A DNA stretch of 58,410 nt, filler included, from Nemertoderma westbladi (GCA_032718475.1; 3 parts of 3 records of this genome joined end to end with filler, not necessarily neighbours in it); one strand, 5' to 3'; counted from the whole stretch's first letter, positions 37,460 through 49,239 are shown. Translations and numbers: made by a program. Notes: generated by a model from the sequence alone, not told the origin.

Positions 37460-39465
37460 TAGATTTGATAAAATGTGTAATAAATAAAAATAATCTATAT
37501 ACATCTTTAATGTCACACCCAACAGATGAAAAACTAGACAATTATAAAAAGTACCGTAACAACCTCACCAAAGTCCTACGCACAGCTGAAAAAACATATT
37601 ATAAGAAAGAATTTGAGAAAAATAAAAACAATTCTAAAAAACTTGGAAAACAATTAATACTGTATTACATCGCTCAAAAAAATTATCGTCTCCTGTTAAA
37701 ATTAAAATAAATAACATAAACAACGACACCACTTCAGATACTTACCAAATAGCGAACATCTTTAACAATCACTTTGCTTCAATCGGCCCTCAACTAGCAG
37801 ATCTAATACCAAAATCTAATAGACATCCCAACAGGCACATTAAAAACACTCGCCCTAATTCATTCACATTGGTTGAACCGTGTGAGAATGAAATGATTTA
37901 TTATTTATTAGATACTGATAATAACTGTTCAACCTATGATGATTTTCCAGTATTACTAATTAAAATAGCAGCTCATATTCTAGCCCCGCACTTAACATAT
38001 TTAATTAATTTATCATTGTCAAAGGGATTCTATCCTAACACACTGAAAATAGCAAAAATTATTCCAGTCTTTAAAACGGGGGACCCCACAGATAAAAATA
38101 ATTATCGTCCTATATCAATATTACCCATTTTCACAAAAATATATGAGCGCGTAATTAACACTCAATTAATAGGATACCTAAACAAATTCGAATTACTCAC
38201 TTCATCACAACATGGTTTCAGGAAAAACATTACCACAAGTGACGCAATTTTAACAGTTACCGAACAAATACAGCATACATTGGATGGCGGTGGCTCAGCC
38301 TGTCTCATATCGATAGACCTAAAGAAGGCTTTCGACACACTCAACCACGACATTCTCCTTAAGAAACTGGACTGTTACGGCATACGCGGACTCCCCTTAC
38401 AGCTCCTTGGTAGTTTCTTACACAACAGGTCGCACATAGTTCACATCAATGGTATTACTTCTGAACGTACTGGGTCACCCTGTGGAACTCCACAGGGGGC
38501 CATACTGAGCCCAATATTGTTTCTACTTTACATTAATGATCTTCCAAATTGTACTGATCTCCTTTCCACACTTTTCGCCGATGACACAACACTACTACAT
38601 TGCGCTAAAAATATTAATAACCTTATTGGAACTGTCAATCACGAACTAGTGAAACTTGATAACTGGCTCATAGACAATAAACTCTCCCTGAATTAAAAAA
38701 AACAGAATACATTATTTTTAATAATTGCAGACAAACAACGCTCCCCCCGGTTACACTCCGCTCTATCTCAATTACACAAAAAACAGCATCAAAATTCTTA
38801 GGTATTTATATTGACAATAAAATTGACTGGAAAACACACTGCAATTACATACACTCAAAAATCTCGAAACTTACTGGAATTTTTTTCAAATTAAGATACA
38901 TTCTACCTCTGCACATTTTAAGAACCCTCTACTTCGCACTAGTTCATCCACATATCCTATACGGAATACTACTCTGGGGCAACGCACACAAAACAAATAC
39001 TGATAAATTGAAAATAAAAGTTAATAAAATTGTTCGAGCAATAACTTTCAGCCATTATCAAGCTCATGCTAACCCAATTTATAAAAACTTAAATATTTTA
39101 CCTCTCGAAAAAGTATTCGAACTTGAAGTGGCTAAATATATGTATGATATTAAAAAAATGAAAAAAACTAAAGCATTACAAAATTTATTTGAACAAACTA
39201 GTTCCATCCACAGATATAACACTAGATCAACTTCTGCACAAAATTTTTTCGTTCCACGTGTAAGACTACAGCTCACCCAGAAATCCTTAAAATTCACTGG
39301 CCCTAAAATATGGAATGCCCTCCCTAGCGATATAAAAAATGCTAAATCAAAAAACTCGTTTTCATATAAATTAAAAAAAATATTCCTCCAGACCCTATCT
39401 TAAAAAATACCTAGAGACATTTTATTAATAATTACACTCCATAAACACACCATATTACAATAAAT
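37460..39465 (+). mobile_element. CR1/L2-group LINE ORF2 3' portion, lightly frameshifted
   Basis: KIAKIIPVFK..NYRPISIL, QHGFRK, IDLKKAFDTLNH, GTPQGAILSPILF, FADDT, IHRYNTR, GPKIWNALP. Confidence 0.92.
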
Positions 39466-39589
39466 ACAGTTAATTAATTAATTAATTGATTATTATATTA
39501 TGCTGATGGATACGGCAGTTTCGGATTCGGTCAAACCGGCACATTTTCCGGCAGGGATATTTACCAACAACAAAATCTAAAATACACAA

Positions 39590-39689
39590 NNNNNNNNNNN
39601 NNNNNNNNNNNNNNNNNNNNNNNNNNNNNNNNNTTAATTAATTAANNNNNNNNNNNNNNNNNNNNNNNNNNNNNNNNNNNNNNNNNNNN
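39590..39689. other. Assembly gap with TTAATTAATTAA spacer
   Basis: N runs with the same artificial spacer. Confidence 0.95.
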
Positions 39690-40090
39690 GCCTTTGCCTC
39701 TGCTTCTGCTGCTGCCGCTTTTGCCTTTGCCTCTGCTTCTGCTGCTGCCGCTTTTGCCTTTGCCGCTGCTATTGCTGCTGTCTTTCTGTCTTCTATCTGT
39801 TTTTTCTTCAACTGTTGTTCCCATTCTCTAACGATGCGGATTCTTTCATCAATTTCCGCTCTATTCGCTGCCAACATTTCCGCATCTATTGCGTCCAACA
39901 CAAACTTGGCTCCTTCGCTATTAGGGTTAAGTCCCTCTAACCTTCTCCTCAATTCGTCATCACCTAAAAAACGTTGATAGTCTGACAGATAGATATCAAT
40001 GGCATCCCTCTTATGCGGTTTCTCTGCTGTCGCTTCACTCTCCGTTGTATCTAGTAGACTGTCTGACAGGTTCTGCTTTGCGTCAGACAT
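39690..40090 (-). CDS. N-terminus of a probable Gag-like ORF, truncated by the gap
   Basis: First long sense ORF after the LTR and leader; charged coiled-coil-like sequence ending in AKAKAAAAEAE repeats. Confidence 0.55.
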
Positions 40091-41564
40091 GTTTGTGTGT
40101 ACAGTTGAATGTCTACTGCTGTATTACAGTCTGAGCAAGTCTAGTAACTCAGTATTAACTGATAGCCTAGTAATTAATTACCGGTACTGCTACTCAGTGT
40201 AGCGTGATATATATAATATATTAGAATACCGGTATGCTTATAGTATATAACTATTATTACAGACTAGGTTTATCTCAGAATACCGGTATAATTTTAGCAC
40301 AAATATATATAAATATATAATGGGCCTATCGGGAATACCGGTATACAGCTTACAATTTGTAGTATATATAATTCTGGACTAGAATTAATTACAAGTACCG
40401 GTATAATTTCAGCCTAAATTTATAGAAATAAAGATAATAGGCCTATCGTAAATACCGATATGCAGTTTACATTTATAGTATATATATATAAGTATAATTA
40501 CAAACTAGAATCAATTACAGAATACCGGTATGATTTCAACCTAAAATTCATAAAAATAAATATAATAAGCCTATTATAAATACCGGTATATCAATTATTT
40601 TAAATAACTGAATTTCTGAATTTTAAGGGTTACTTGGTTACTTTAACTTACTTTATTACCGTTATTTAAGCAGTAATCCAACTGATATTGAGACCTAATG
40701 GTTTTATGGTAGGCCTACTATTTATAAATCGTTAGATTTGATTTATAATGTATTTATACCCGTTTTAATGGGTTTTGTCTATGTTTGAAATAAATGTTAT
40801 TATTTCTGGGGAGTAATCACTACACAAAGCGGTACGCTTTCAGTGAAGTGTTACTTATAGGACACTAAAACAAATAATTCTAATTTACCTAAGTTACTTA
40901 ATACTACAAATTACGTACAATTCGGGTTGAGATTACGATCTCTAAATAAACACAAAAATTTACAAAAACACAAATACGAATTTTTAGGGTATTTTTACAA
41001 GAAGTCTACAAACCAGCCTAACAAAGGGTTAGAAAACCGGTTATTACAACGGACAGGGTACTACGGTATTTGAAATAATAAGTAGTAGTAAATACACTGC
41101 GTTGTCTAGATAGGAAAATACCACCGCCTGACGACCTATAGCCGTATCGCTATAGGTTCTACGTTATGTATCACGGAGTGTTCCTACCTAGAAGTTAATA
41201 GAGCTAATCGAATGTGCCTATCAACCACTTTACAACACAAATATAATGTCTACAATAATTACTTCGGAAAGCACTGTACACTAAACCCTAAATTAGGTAC
41301 AAGTACTTGTACAACAGATAATCAGTAGTTAAATATACTTGAACAGCTAAAAGAACCACGGCATCTGCTGGAGTGACCGATGCACAAAATCACCAGTCTT
41401 TACCTACGCCGAGCAGCCCGTGTAGTACCGGGGTTAATTTAACTATAGCGGTATGTATAACAAACACAATTACTGTAGGAACAAACTTGGGGAATGAATG
41501 TTGCGGATAATCGCATAAACTCTGAATAATAAATATTACGCTACGCGTACAAACTACTCAAACA

Positions 41565-42095
41565 AAATACAGACCGAACACTGACAGACTACTATCAAGC
41601 CTAAACAAACTACGGTATATGCAGACTCCGAAATGATTAGGGAGTATGCGCTCTAACCCAGTAGTGCGACTTATTCTTTAGTTGGGGTTTACCTTACAGC
41701 GTTCGCTGCCCCTACTGCCTAATCGTACTTAATCGGACAGATGATCTACACACGCGGCAATCCGTTCAGACCTAATAACAGCCAGACAACTATCCAGCCT
41801 ACAAATTATCTAAATAAAATTATACGCTACCCGTACAGACTTACACAAACAAAGTACAGACTAAACGATGGCAGACTACTCTCAAGCCTAAATAAACTAC
41901 AGGACATGCAGACTCCGAAATGATTAGGGAGTATGCGCTCTAACCCAGTAGTGCGACTTATTCTTTAGTTGGGGGATTACCTTACAGCGTTCGCTGCCCC
42001 TACTGCCTAATCGTACTTAATCGGACAGGTGATCTACACACACTGCAATTCGTTCGGACTTAACAGCAATCAGACAACAGCTCAGCCTACAAATC
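41565..42095. repeat. 288-bp-period direct repeat in the retrotransposon leader
   Basis: GCAGACTCCGAAATGATTAGGGAGTATGCG starts at 41621 and 41909; ~130-bp cores are nearly identical. Confidence 0.9.
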
Positions 42096-42452
42096 GTCTG
42101 TACTATCTGATCAGGCTTACACGCCTTCTGTTCAATACTGGCCTACAAATAAATAAAACTTGACAGAAATAAGTAAACCATATAAAGGTATAAGGGGTGA
42201 TCAATCCCTAATCCCCTAAACAGCCTACCGGTATACAACAATCAAATCGAATAATACTAGTGTACTTATACGGAAGTACCGGTTAGAACAGTTAGGCCTA
42301 CTGACCTACAGAAGTACCGGTTCTAGCGGTTGGGCCTACTGACCTACAGATGTACCGATTCTAGCGGTTGGGCCTACTGACCTACAGATGTACCGGTTGA
42401 CCGGTACTTTCAACTTTATTGCTTACTGCAACAAAGAAGCTATATCCTTTAA

Positions 42453-43645
42453 TGTTCGCGCTTTCAGACCTTTGGCAGTTTAACCCACCAAATTAAGATG
42501 TCTTCTAGATATTAAATCGGTTTTTAGTCTATGACAAGTATTTGATTCACTACACTAGTCGAAACCAATCTGTGCGCGATCATTCACCCGCTGGATATTC
42601 CCGGGAGATTGGGTTCGACGGTTTAATTTTATTGCTATGTAAGCCTAATGTATTATTCGACTGACAGTACTATATAATCTCTGACAATATTATTCACCTT
42701 CGGGAATATTAACAGTTCCTTTAGGACGTGGCGCTTTATCTATATAAACAGAGTTATGACTTAAACTACTCACAACGATATGGCTTAATTATAATTCACA
42801 TATATGGCGCATTCTTTAGGAATTGCTTCTTTAACAGACTCACTCATACACAATGCTGCACAATACTGCACACTAATCTGCCAATCTTCACTGATTTTAG
42901 TCACATATAAAAGGAACACAGACTGACTCATGTAGGGTCTATCAAATAACATTAGATTCACTTCAAACCACTTCAACATAAGTCACAATCGTTTATCTGT
43001 AACCCTTCTCTCTTACCTTCGGTATATCAAGAATATTGGGTTTCGGGGTTATTTATCGTTATTCCAAATATAATTATTCATCAACCATATTATGAAGAAC
43101 TGACGGTAAATAGCAGTATAAAACAACAATGAAAACACTGATTGTTATGAGTTTGCAATGTTTCAGCAGTCAGTATGTATGATCAGTTAGCAGTTAAAGG
43201 ATATATGTCCTTGTAATTAAACCTACTAGTGTAAGACTAAAAACTGAAACACGGAGGTGCCAAAGCCGGTTCTTAGGCTCTGGGCAAAAACATAACACTG
43301 AACTACTGAGTTTCTGTATATACCTCCAACACAGAGATAACAAACGCTCTGATTGGTCAACCTGAACAACGAGAGAACAGAGAAACAAAGAAACGTCGAC
43401 GTGGCAATATCAGCTGCTAGCCGTCGTCATGGTAGCGACACTGTTTTCAAGAGTATCGAGCTTTTACGTCACGGAATTACGGATTATGTCCTCTAAAGTA
43501 CAAATACAGAAGAAATAGCTTTTATGTCCGCTAAAACACCAGTACAGCAAGGACACGGCCTTTTTATGCCTGGTAAACCAACTACAGAGTATTTTACGGG
43601 AAAAATAAGGAAAAATAACCGGACAATTCAGCAAAAGCTTTTACA
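42453..43645 (-). repeat. 5' LTR (1193 bp)
   Basis: Minus strand TGTAAAAGC...GCGCGAACA; CCAAT (about 43352-43356), TATATA (about 43317-43322) and a TCAGT initiator-like motif in order. Confidence 0.85.
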
Positions 43646-43955
43646 CAAGTACCTATAACTGACTTTGTTGATGACCTTGGTGTACTCTCAGAATCACTAG
43701 AGGGAGCCCAACGGCTCAGCAGCTCATTAGATCAGGCTGCCTCTATTGTTGGTATTTTTGTTAACTCCAAGAACACCAAAATTTTGACAGTTAACTTAGA
43801 AAATCCTCAGGAAATGTCTGATCGTTTTAGCATAAGCTCAAAGGATGGTATGCTTGATCATATGGACGACTTCTGTTACCTGGGATCTTGGATCTGGAAG
43901 TCCGGTGAGAACCTTCGCATACGTAAGGGAAAGGCATGGGCAGCATTGAATAAGC
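43646..43955 (+). mobile_element. RTE LINE fragment interrupted by the LTR element
   Basis: Homologous to 18853-19165 (DFxDDLGVLSES..FCYLGSWI..GKAWAALN). Confidence 0.85.
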
Positions 43956-44431
43956 TTATTTTCGAGTCAAAAACCCAGTAACTCATCGCAGTTACGAGTG
44001 ACTACAAAACAAAGACCAAAGACCCAATTATAAAGACCTACATGATCTTGTAACATGTATTAACTTTCGTTTATTGTTTATTGTAAAGGACCAGGTTACA
44101 GATGCGTGATGGGTCTTTGTTTTATAGTCAGTCACCCTCGCAGTTACTGTATTTTGGCGAAGGGAATATAACATTTGGTGCTACACACAGTAGATACTGG
44201 TTTTGCAACAAGGAATCCTGGCGATTACATTATATTGATTTATCTAAACCATGTAGAAGGGGGGGGGGGGGGGGGGGACTTTCAACGCAATAAAAATTCA
44301 TCCCTCTCCTGGGGAAATTCGACGCAAATAACAGCTGATTATTTCAACAAATTTCACTGAAGGCCTTCACGTGTTCTATTGATTTTGTTTATTGTTTTGG
44401 TTGGAATAACGTGTCACTCTTAATTATTAAA

Positions 44432-44650
44432 GGCCCGTTTCCGCGCAGTTTTTTTTTTTAGCTTTTTTTTAGTTAAAACAATTTCTAGAAATTAATTGCT
44501 TCAAGATGAATCGAGAATTTTCGAATACTAAAACCTAAACTATAGAATAAAGCTCCAAAAAAGCTCAAAAAAAGCTAGAAAAAAAGCTAGAAAAACAGCT
44601 CAAAAACAAGCTCAGAATACCCCACATAAAAAGCAGCACGGAAACGGGCC
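44432..44650. mobile_element. PIF/Harbinger-like MITE
   Basis: TIR GGCCCGTTTCCG / CGGAAACGGGCC at a TAA site; splits a copy of the 68-bp-repeat-related sequence that is intact at 48040-48110. Confidence 0.65.
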
Positions 44651-44792
44651 TAACTGCTCCTTTCCCTTAGTTGATAATTTAACCTTGAGACGATACAACT
44701 ACCGTATAACTTTTGTTTGGGAGAGGAAAATAAAATATAGTATTGTTTTGCAGCTTTGAATAGTTAGTTACTACTATTATGTACATGTATCC

Positions 44793-45013
44793 GCCCATGT
44801 GAAGAATGCCAGGTGTTCCCTTTTCGGTCGAAATTCTATAGGAATTTTATATATGAAGAAATTGTATTTTTTCAAATTTATCCCTACTAAGTGTTTTACT
44901 AAGTGTAAAACTAGTTTAACTAAATAAGTTTTACTAAGTGTTTTTCACATGGGGGTAAACTGCAAAGCAAAGTTAAATATAACTGCAGAAAGTCTGGTAT
45001 ACTTCACATGGGC
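44793..45013. mobile_element. MITE
   Basis: TIR GCCCATGTGAAGAATGCCAG / CTGGTATACTTCACATGGGC; same end also seen at about 1877. Confidence 0.6.
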
Positions 45014-45693
45014 CCGTTTTATATTGTAGTAGTAGGCCTACCATTTTTGCTGTATCTTTAGTCAGCTGTAGTAACGGTCCAGCTTACAACTTAACACTAC
45101 TTTATCTTTCACATAGTTTCAGGTCGTTTGATATTGTACCATGCAGCCATGTAGTACCAGTTCACAGTTGCATGTACTGATGTAGTACTGTAGTACCATT
45201 TTTTTTGTACTCTAATCAACCGTCGTAATGTAGCAATTTATCAGGTAATTAATACAAATAGATAATAAGATAACTAACTGTAGTGATTTAGTTAACTGGT
45301 GAGGGTAGAGAGAGATAGAGTCTGTTGTTGTGTTACCATACATTATACTGTTATAGCTAATAACAATAATAAAGATAAAATACAATACCAAAGCAACCCC
45401 CCACCGCCACCGGTACCGCGCTCTCAACGAACATCACCCCATCCCATTGTAATCAATCAGCCAATCTTGGCCGTACAGAGTATCACTGAAGTATGGCGTA
45501 GGTAGAAGTAACAGTGTTTACTTTGGCATTATACTATATAACTGGCATGTAAATATATTGGCACGATCAATTGTATTGGTGAAAATACAAACTGGCGACC
45601 AATCCTTCATCCGTCATTTCATCGACGGCATCGAATATTGCTGGTCCTACCAACCAAACGACCAAGACCTTAGGCCTACTTGATATCGAAACG

Positions 45694-46971
45694 ATGCCTT
45701 ATTCGAACCATATGAACAATTCATCTAGCCCTAACAACCATTCGCCTAGCGGTGGTAAACATTCCCCTAGCGCGGGTAAACATTTCCAAACCCCGTGGTG
45801 GCACTGCGACTATCTATCTCGTACGCACCTGGAGGGTTTCAAATCGTACAAATACAACTCATTGGACACATCGCCTATATCGCGATACCTCTGCCACCCG
45901 TTTTGGGACCGCGCTGTTTTACTGTGCCCAAAATGGATAGCCCCTAACCTCCTAACCCTATTAGGTTTCTTAGCATCTGTCTCTCTCTTCGTGCTGTTGG
46001 CCGGCTACGACTGGGACTTCATGGCGTCATCCCCCGAGAGACCTCCCGACCGACAACCCATCCCTATCGGCGTCTGGTTCATCTGCGCCGTGCTACACTT
46101 CGTCTCGCACACTCTCGACGGGATTGACGGGAAACAAGCGCGTCGTACCGGCAGTAGCGGACCGCTCGGCGAGCTGTTCGACCACGGAGTGGACTCGTGG
46201 CAGACGAGTTTCTTCCCGTGCACAATATACTCGGTGTTCGGACGAGGTCCCGGGAACTCAGAAGGAAACGTATGGGAATGTTTCGGAGCGATCGCTATAA
46301 TACAGATAACCTTCTTTATGACTCATTGGGAGAAATACATAACGAAAGTTTTGTTCCTCCCTTGGGGTTACGACTTCCTTATGTTATGGATGGCGGTAGT
46401 TTACATTGTAACCGGGGTAACGGGCACCTACATATGGAGGATCCCGGTTCTTGGACTCAGCTCCGTGCGGATTATCGAAGGCATCCTTATCTTCGGCGTG
46501 GTCGGCGTGCAGATCCCAACGGCGTTGTACAACATCTTCATGGCTCGCGTCGCCGGATCGCATCGGAACCTCTCCCTATTCGGCGCTATTAAACCCGCCG
46601 TCTCTCCGGCTGTCCTGTTCGCTTTGGTTCTCTTGTGGATGTGGTTCTCCCCCGGGGATCTGCTCCAGGTTGATCCCCGCGTCGTCTACTATCTCGTCGG
46701 GGTTCTCATCTCGAACTCCGCGTCTCGACTCATCGTCAGCTCCATGTCGAACACCACTTGCGAACTCGTTAACGGTATGAGTTGGCCCCTCGTTGCGCTC
46801 GTCGGCGTGGTTCTGGTCGCTCGGCCCCAGTTGGACGTGGAGTTGTCCTTGCTCTACGGGTTCTCTGTCTGCGTTACTATCGTCCACCTTCACTACGCTG
46901 TCTGCGTGGTCCGCCAGATGTGTCGGATATACAAGGTGAACGCGTTCACCCTGAAGAACGAGAAATCGTGA
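45694..46971 (+). CDS. EPT1: Ethanolaminephosphotransferase 1 (EPT1/SELENOI orthologue), CDP-alcohol phosphotransferase family, intronless CDS
   Basis: 425-aa ORF; motif DGIDGKQARRTGSSGPLGELFDHGVD; N-terminal GFKSYKYNSLDTSPISRYLCHPFW..WIAPNLLT typical of EPT1; HWEKYITKVLFLPWGYD; multiple hydrophobic helices. Confidence 0.93.
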   Translation: MPYSNHMNNSSSPNNHSPSGGKHSPSAGKHFQTPWWHCDYLSRTHLEGFKSYKYNSLDTSPISRYLCHPFWDRAVLLCPKWIAPNLLTLLGFLASVSLFVLLAGYDWDFMASSPERPPDRQPIPIGVWFICAVLHFVSHTLDGIDGKQARRTGSSGPLGELFDHGVDSWQTSFFPCTIYSVFGRGPGNSEGNVWECFGAIAIIQITFFMTHWEKYITKVLFLPWGYDFLMLWMAVVYIVTGVTGTYIWRIPVLGLSSVRIIEGILIFGVVGVQIPTALYNIFMARVAGSHRNLSLFGAIKPAVSPAVLFALVLLWMWFSPGDLLQVDPRVVYYLVGVLISNSASRLIVSSMSNTTCELVNGMSWPLVALVGVVLVARPQLDVELSLLYGFSVCVTIVHLHYAVCVVRQMCRIYKVNAFTLKNEKS

Positions 46972-46984
46972 GGTACGTTCTGCG

Positions 46985-47298
46985 GGGTCAATGATCTTCT
47001 ATTTAGTTACACAGAGGTCATTGACCTGTAATCTTTTAATAAGGAGCCAACTTGTAGCCCTCACCCCATTCGGTTGTGCGCTAACTAGGCCGGCCCTGTG
47101 CCTATCTAAAGGTCATTGACCCCTGTCCCACAGGTGCAAATAATAAATGTAGTTGCTTTACATCGCCCTTTGGTTTTTAGAAGTTAACTTCTGTACCCTG
47201 TGCTAAGGTCATTGACGTTGAACAATATGAAGGTCATTGACCTCAATCAATGTGTAGGTCACTGACCGAAGTATTTGTTGATTTAAGGTCATTGACCT
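46985..47298. promoter_or_regulatory. Cluster of seven IR1 nuclear-receptor-type palindromes (RGGTCAnTGACCY)
   Basis: Sites start at 46985, 47015, 47110, 47206, 47231, 47256 and 47286; three are perfect AGGTCATTGACCT; spacers are non-repetitive. Confidence 0.55.
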
Positions 47299-49239
47299 CG
47301 GAATCTTTACAGTGCCCACAGCACAGCAATAATCTGCACACATGTTTATATACTCGGTGTATCTTTGGTGTTTAGAATTATTAATTTAATTATTATTAAA
47401 ACACAATAATATGTAATAGTTTTCAATTACTAATAATTTCCAGTGCGATTTGGTGTTGTGTAACTTTTGTTTTATTTTCCCCTCATTTATACAAGCCCCT
47501 GCCTATATTCGTATTAAATTATACAAAACTAAAGTCGTTTAAAAAAGTATTAATTAAATAATCAATTAATAGTTGGTTACGTTTATCCATTCATGTTTAT
47601 TTCGATCTACGGGAAATATTTTCCGACGCTAGAAATTTAAAGTTTCTAAACCTGGTGTAAAATCAGTTGGGACTATAGGATAATTTTACGCCTATAATGT
47701 GGTGTTTAGGTTCATTATTTGATTAAATAAAATAATATAATTTACTGACAGTCCATCCCTGAACTGCCGCCGGCATTAGTACAACTCCTAATTCTGGGGT
47801 AACCCGATCTACGCCTCCTCATCTACTCCAATAAACTTACACCGCGAATTAAGGTTGTTATATTTGCTATCTACGAATCACACGCGAAAAGTAAGAGCTT
47901 AATAATATCATTTCCACTTTTGATATATAAAACCATACAATTTTCTCGCGATATGATTTTCCGGGGTCAGAGTAAAACGCGGATCCGGATTCTACATTTA
48001 ACATTGTCCCTACGGAAAAATAAAACTATAGCCTGTTCTATTGACTTTAGTTTATTGTTTTGGTTAAAATAACGTGCCACTGTAACCTGCTCCTTTCCCT
48101 TAATTGATAATTTTTGAATCCGGATCCGCGTTTTACACCTACCCGATTTTCCGCCGCTCTCTCAACCGGTTTTTATATGGCATCGAGCTCTATACTCATA
48201 ATAGTCAGTCATACTGCACGGAGATTATTATATTGGGCGGGTTTTATCAGCACCAAAATTGATTTATTATTGTTATTTTATTTTACCTATTTTTTACTTT
48301 TAAATATGAAGCAAATCATTCGCAGCAAATATATACTTATTAATATCGAGCTGTGTTGGGGTTCTATCGAAATTTTTCAAAGTCTTGTGATTGATCAGAA
48401 AAAATATTATGTAACTGATTTTAATTATTTTTAATTAATTTTATGTATTTATTATTATTTATAGCGCATAGAACATCATGTATGGCGCTCAACAAATATA
48501 TTTTAATAATAATAATAGTTTATCATATCCATTTCGTGAATTGACACGCGTCCACGTTCAGTGATATAAATAAAACGGATAGTGTACTCTAATAAATGGA
48601 ATTAAAGTTTACTACACCAATGGTTTAATATAATTTAATTGAATTTTGCGATTGTTTTTTGTGAATTAAATTGTGTCGAAGGGTAAGGTGAGTTCTACAA
48701 TGTATTATTTACATATAACCGAAGACGGGTCGTATCAATTTACACGACATGGCCGTTTATATATATTAAAACCCGAACATAACTCGATGTTCCCTATATT
48801 TTGTCACATTCATTAATGTTTTGTGTTTGATTTAGGATAATTTATTTTTTATATTCAAGTGTTAGACTATTTACTTCCTTTGTTGCATTAGTAAATGCTA
48901 TAAAGACCACGCACGATATGACCGTTAACTTGGATGCGCCCCTGACAGTATGTCAATGGCGATCGGCCGTTAGTTCCTGTTCAGTTGATCAATGGCCTAG
49001 TTGGTCCTGTAGAAATGCAACCAAAAAGTAATCCGGTCGTGTAGATTTCTGCTACACAGTGGCGTATTTAGGGGGAGGGGGGGGGGGGGGGGGGGCATTG
49101 TGCCATACCCCCCCCCCTTTGTGTCGTCTAAATGGTACTGTCCTGTTACCACTCCCCCCCCCCCCCTCCCATTCCAGTTACACCCCCCCCCCCTCCCATT
49201 CCTGTTACACCCACCCCCCCCCCATCTCAGATAGTGATT

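Larger units (their letters stand above)
39690..43645 (-). mobile_element. 5' portion of an LTR retrotransposon: 5' LTR, atypical PBS, 2.35-kb leader and start of the first ORF
   Basis: LTR 43645-42453 homologous to 26777-27998; inserted in an RTE fragment that resumes at 43646; ORF begins at 40090 and runs into the gap. Confidence 0.75.

Noticed and set aside
23587-43645. The two LTR-bearing pieces as one element split by a mis-oriented contig
   Set aside because: The upstream halves of the LTRs are too diverged and the flanks give no target-site duplication
46005-46994. Short alternative-frame and antisense ORFs over EPT1 (and 57708-58208 over MKK7)
   Set aside because: Expected shadows of GC-rich coding sequence
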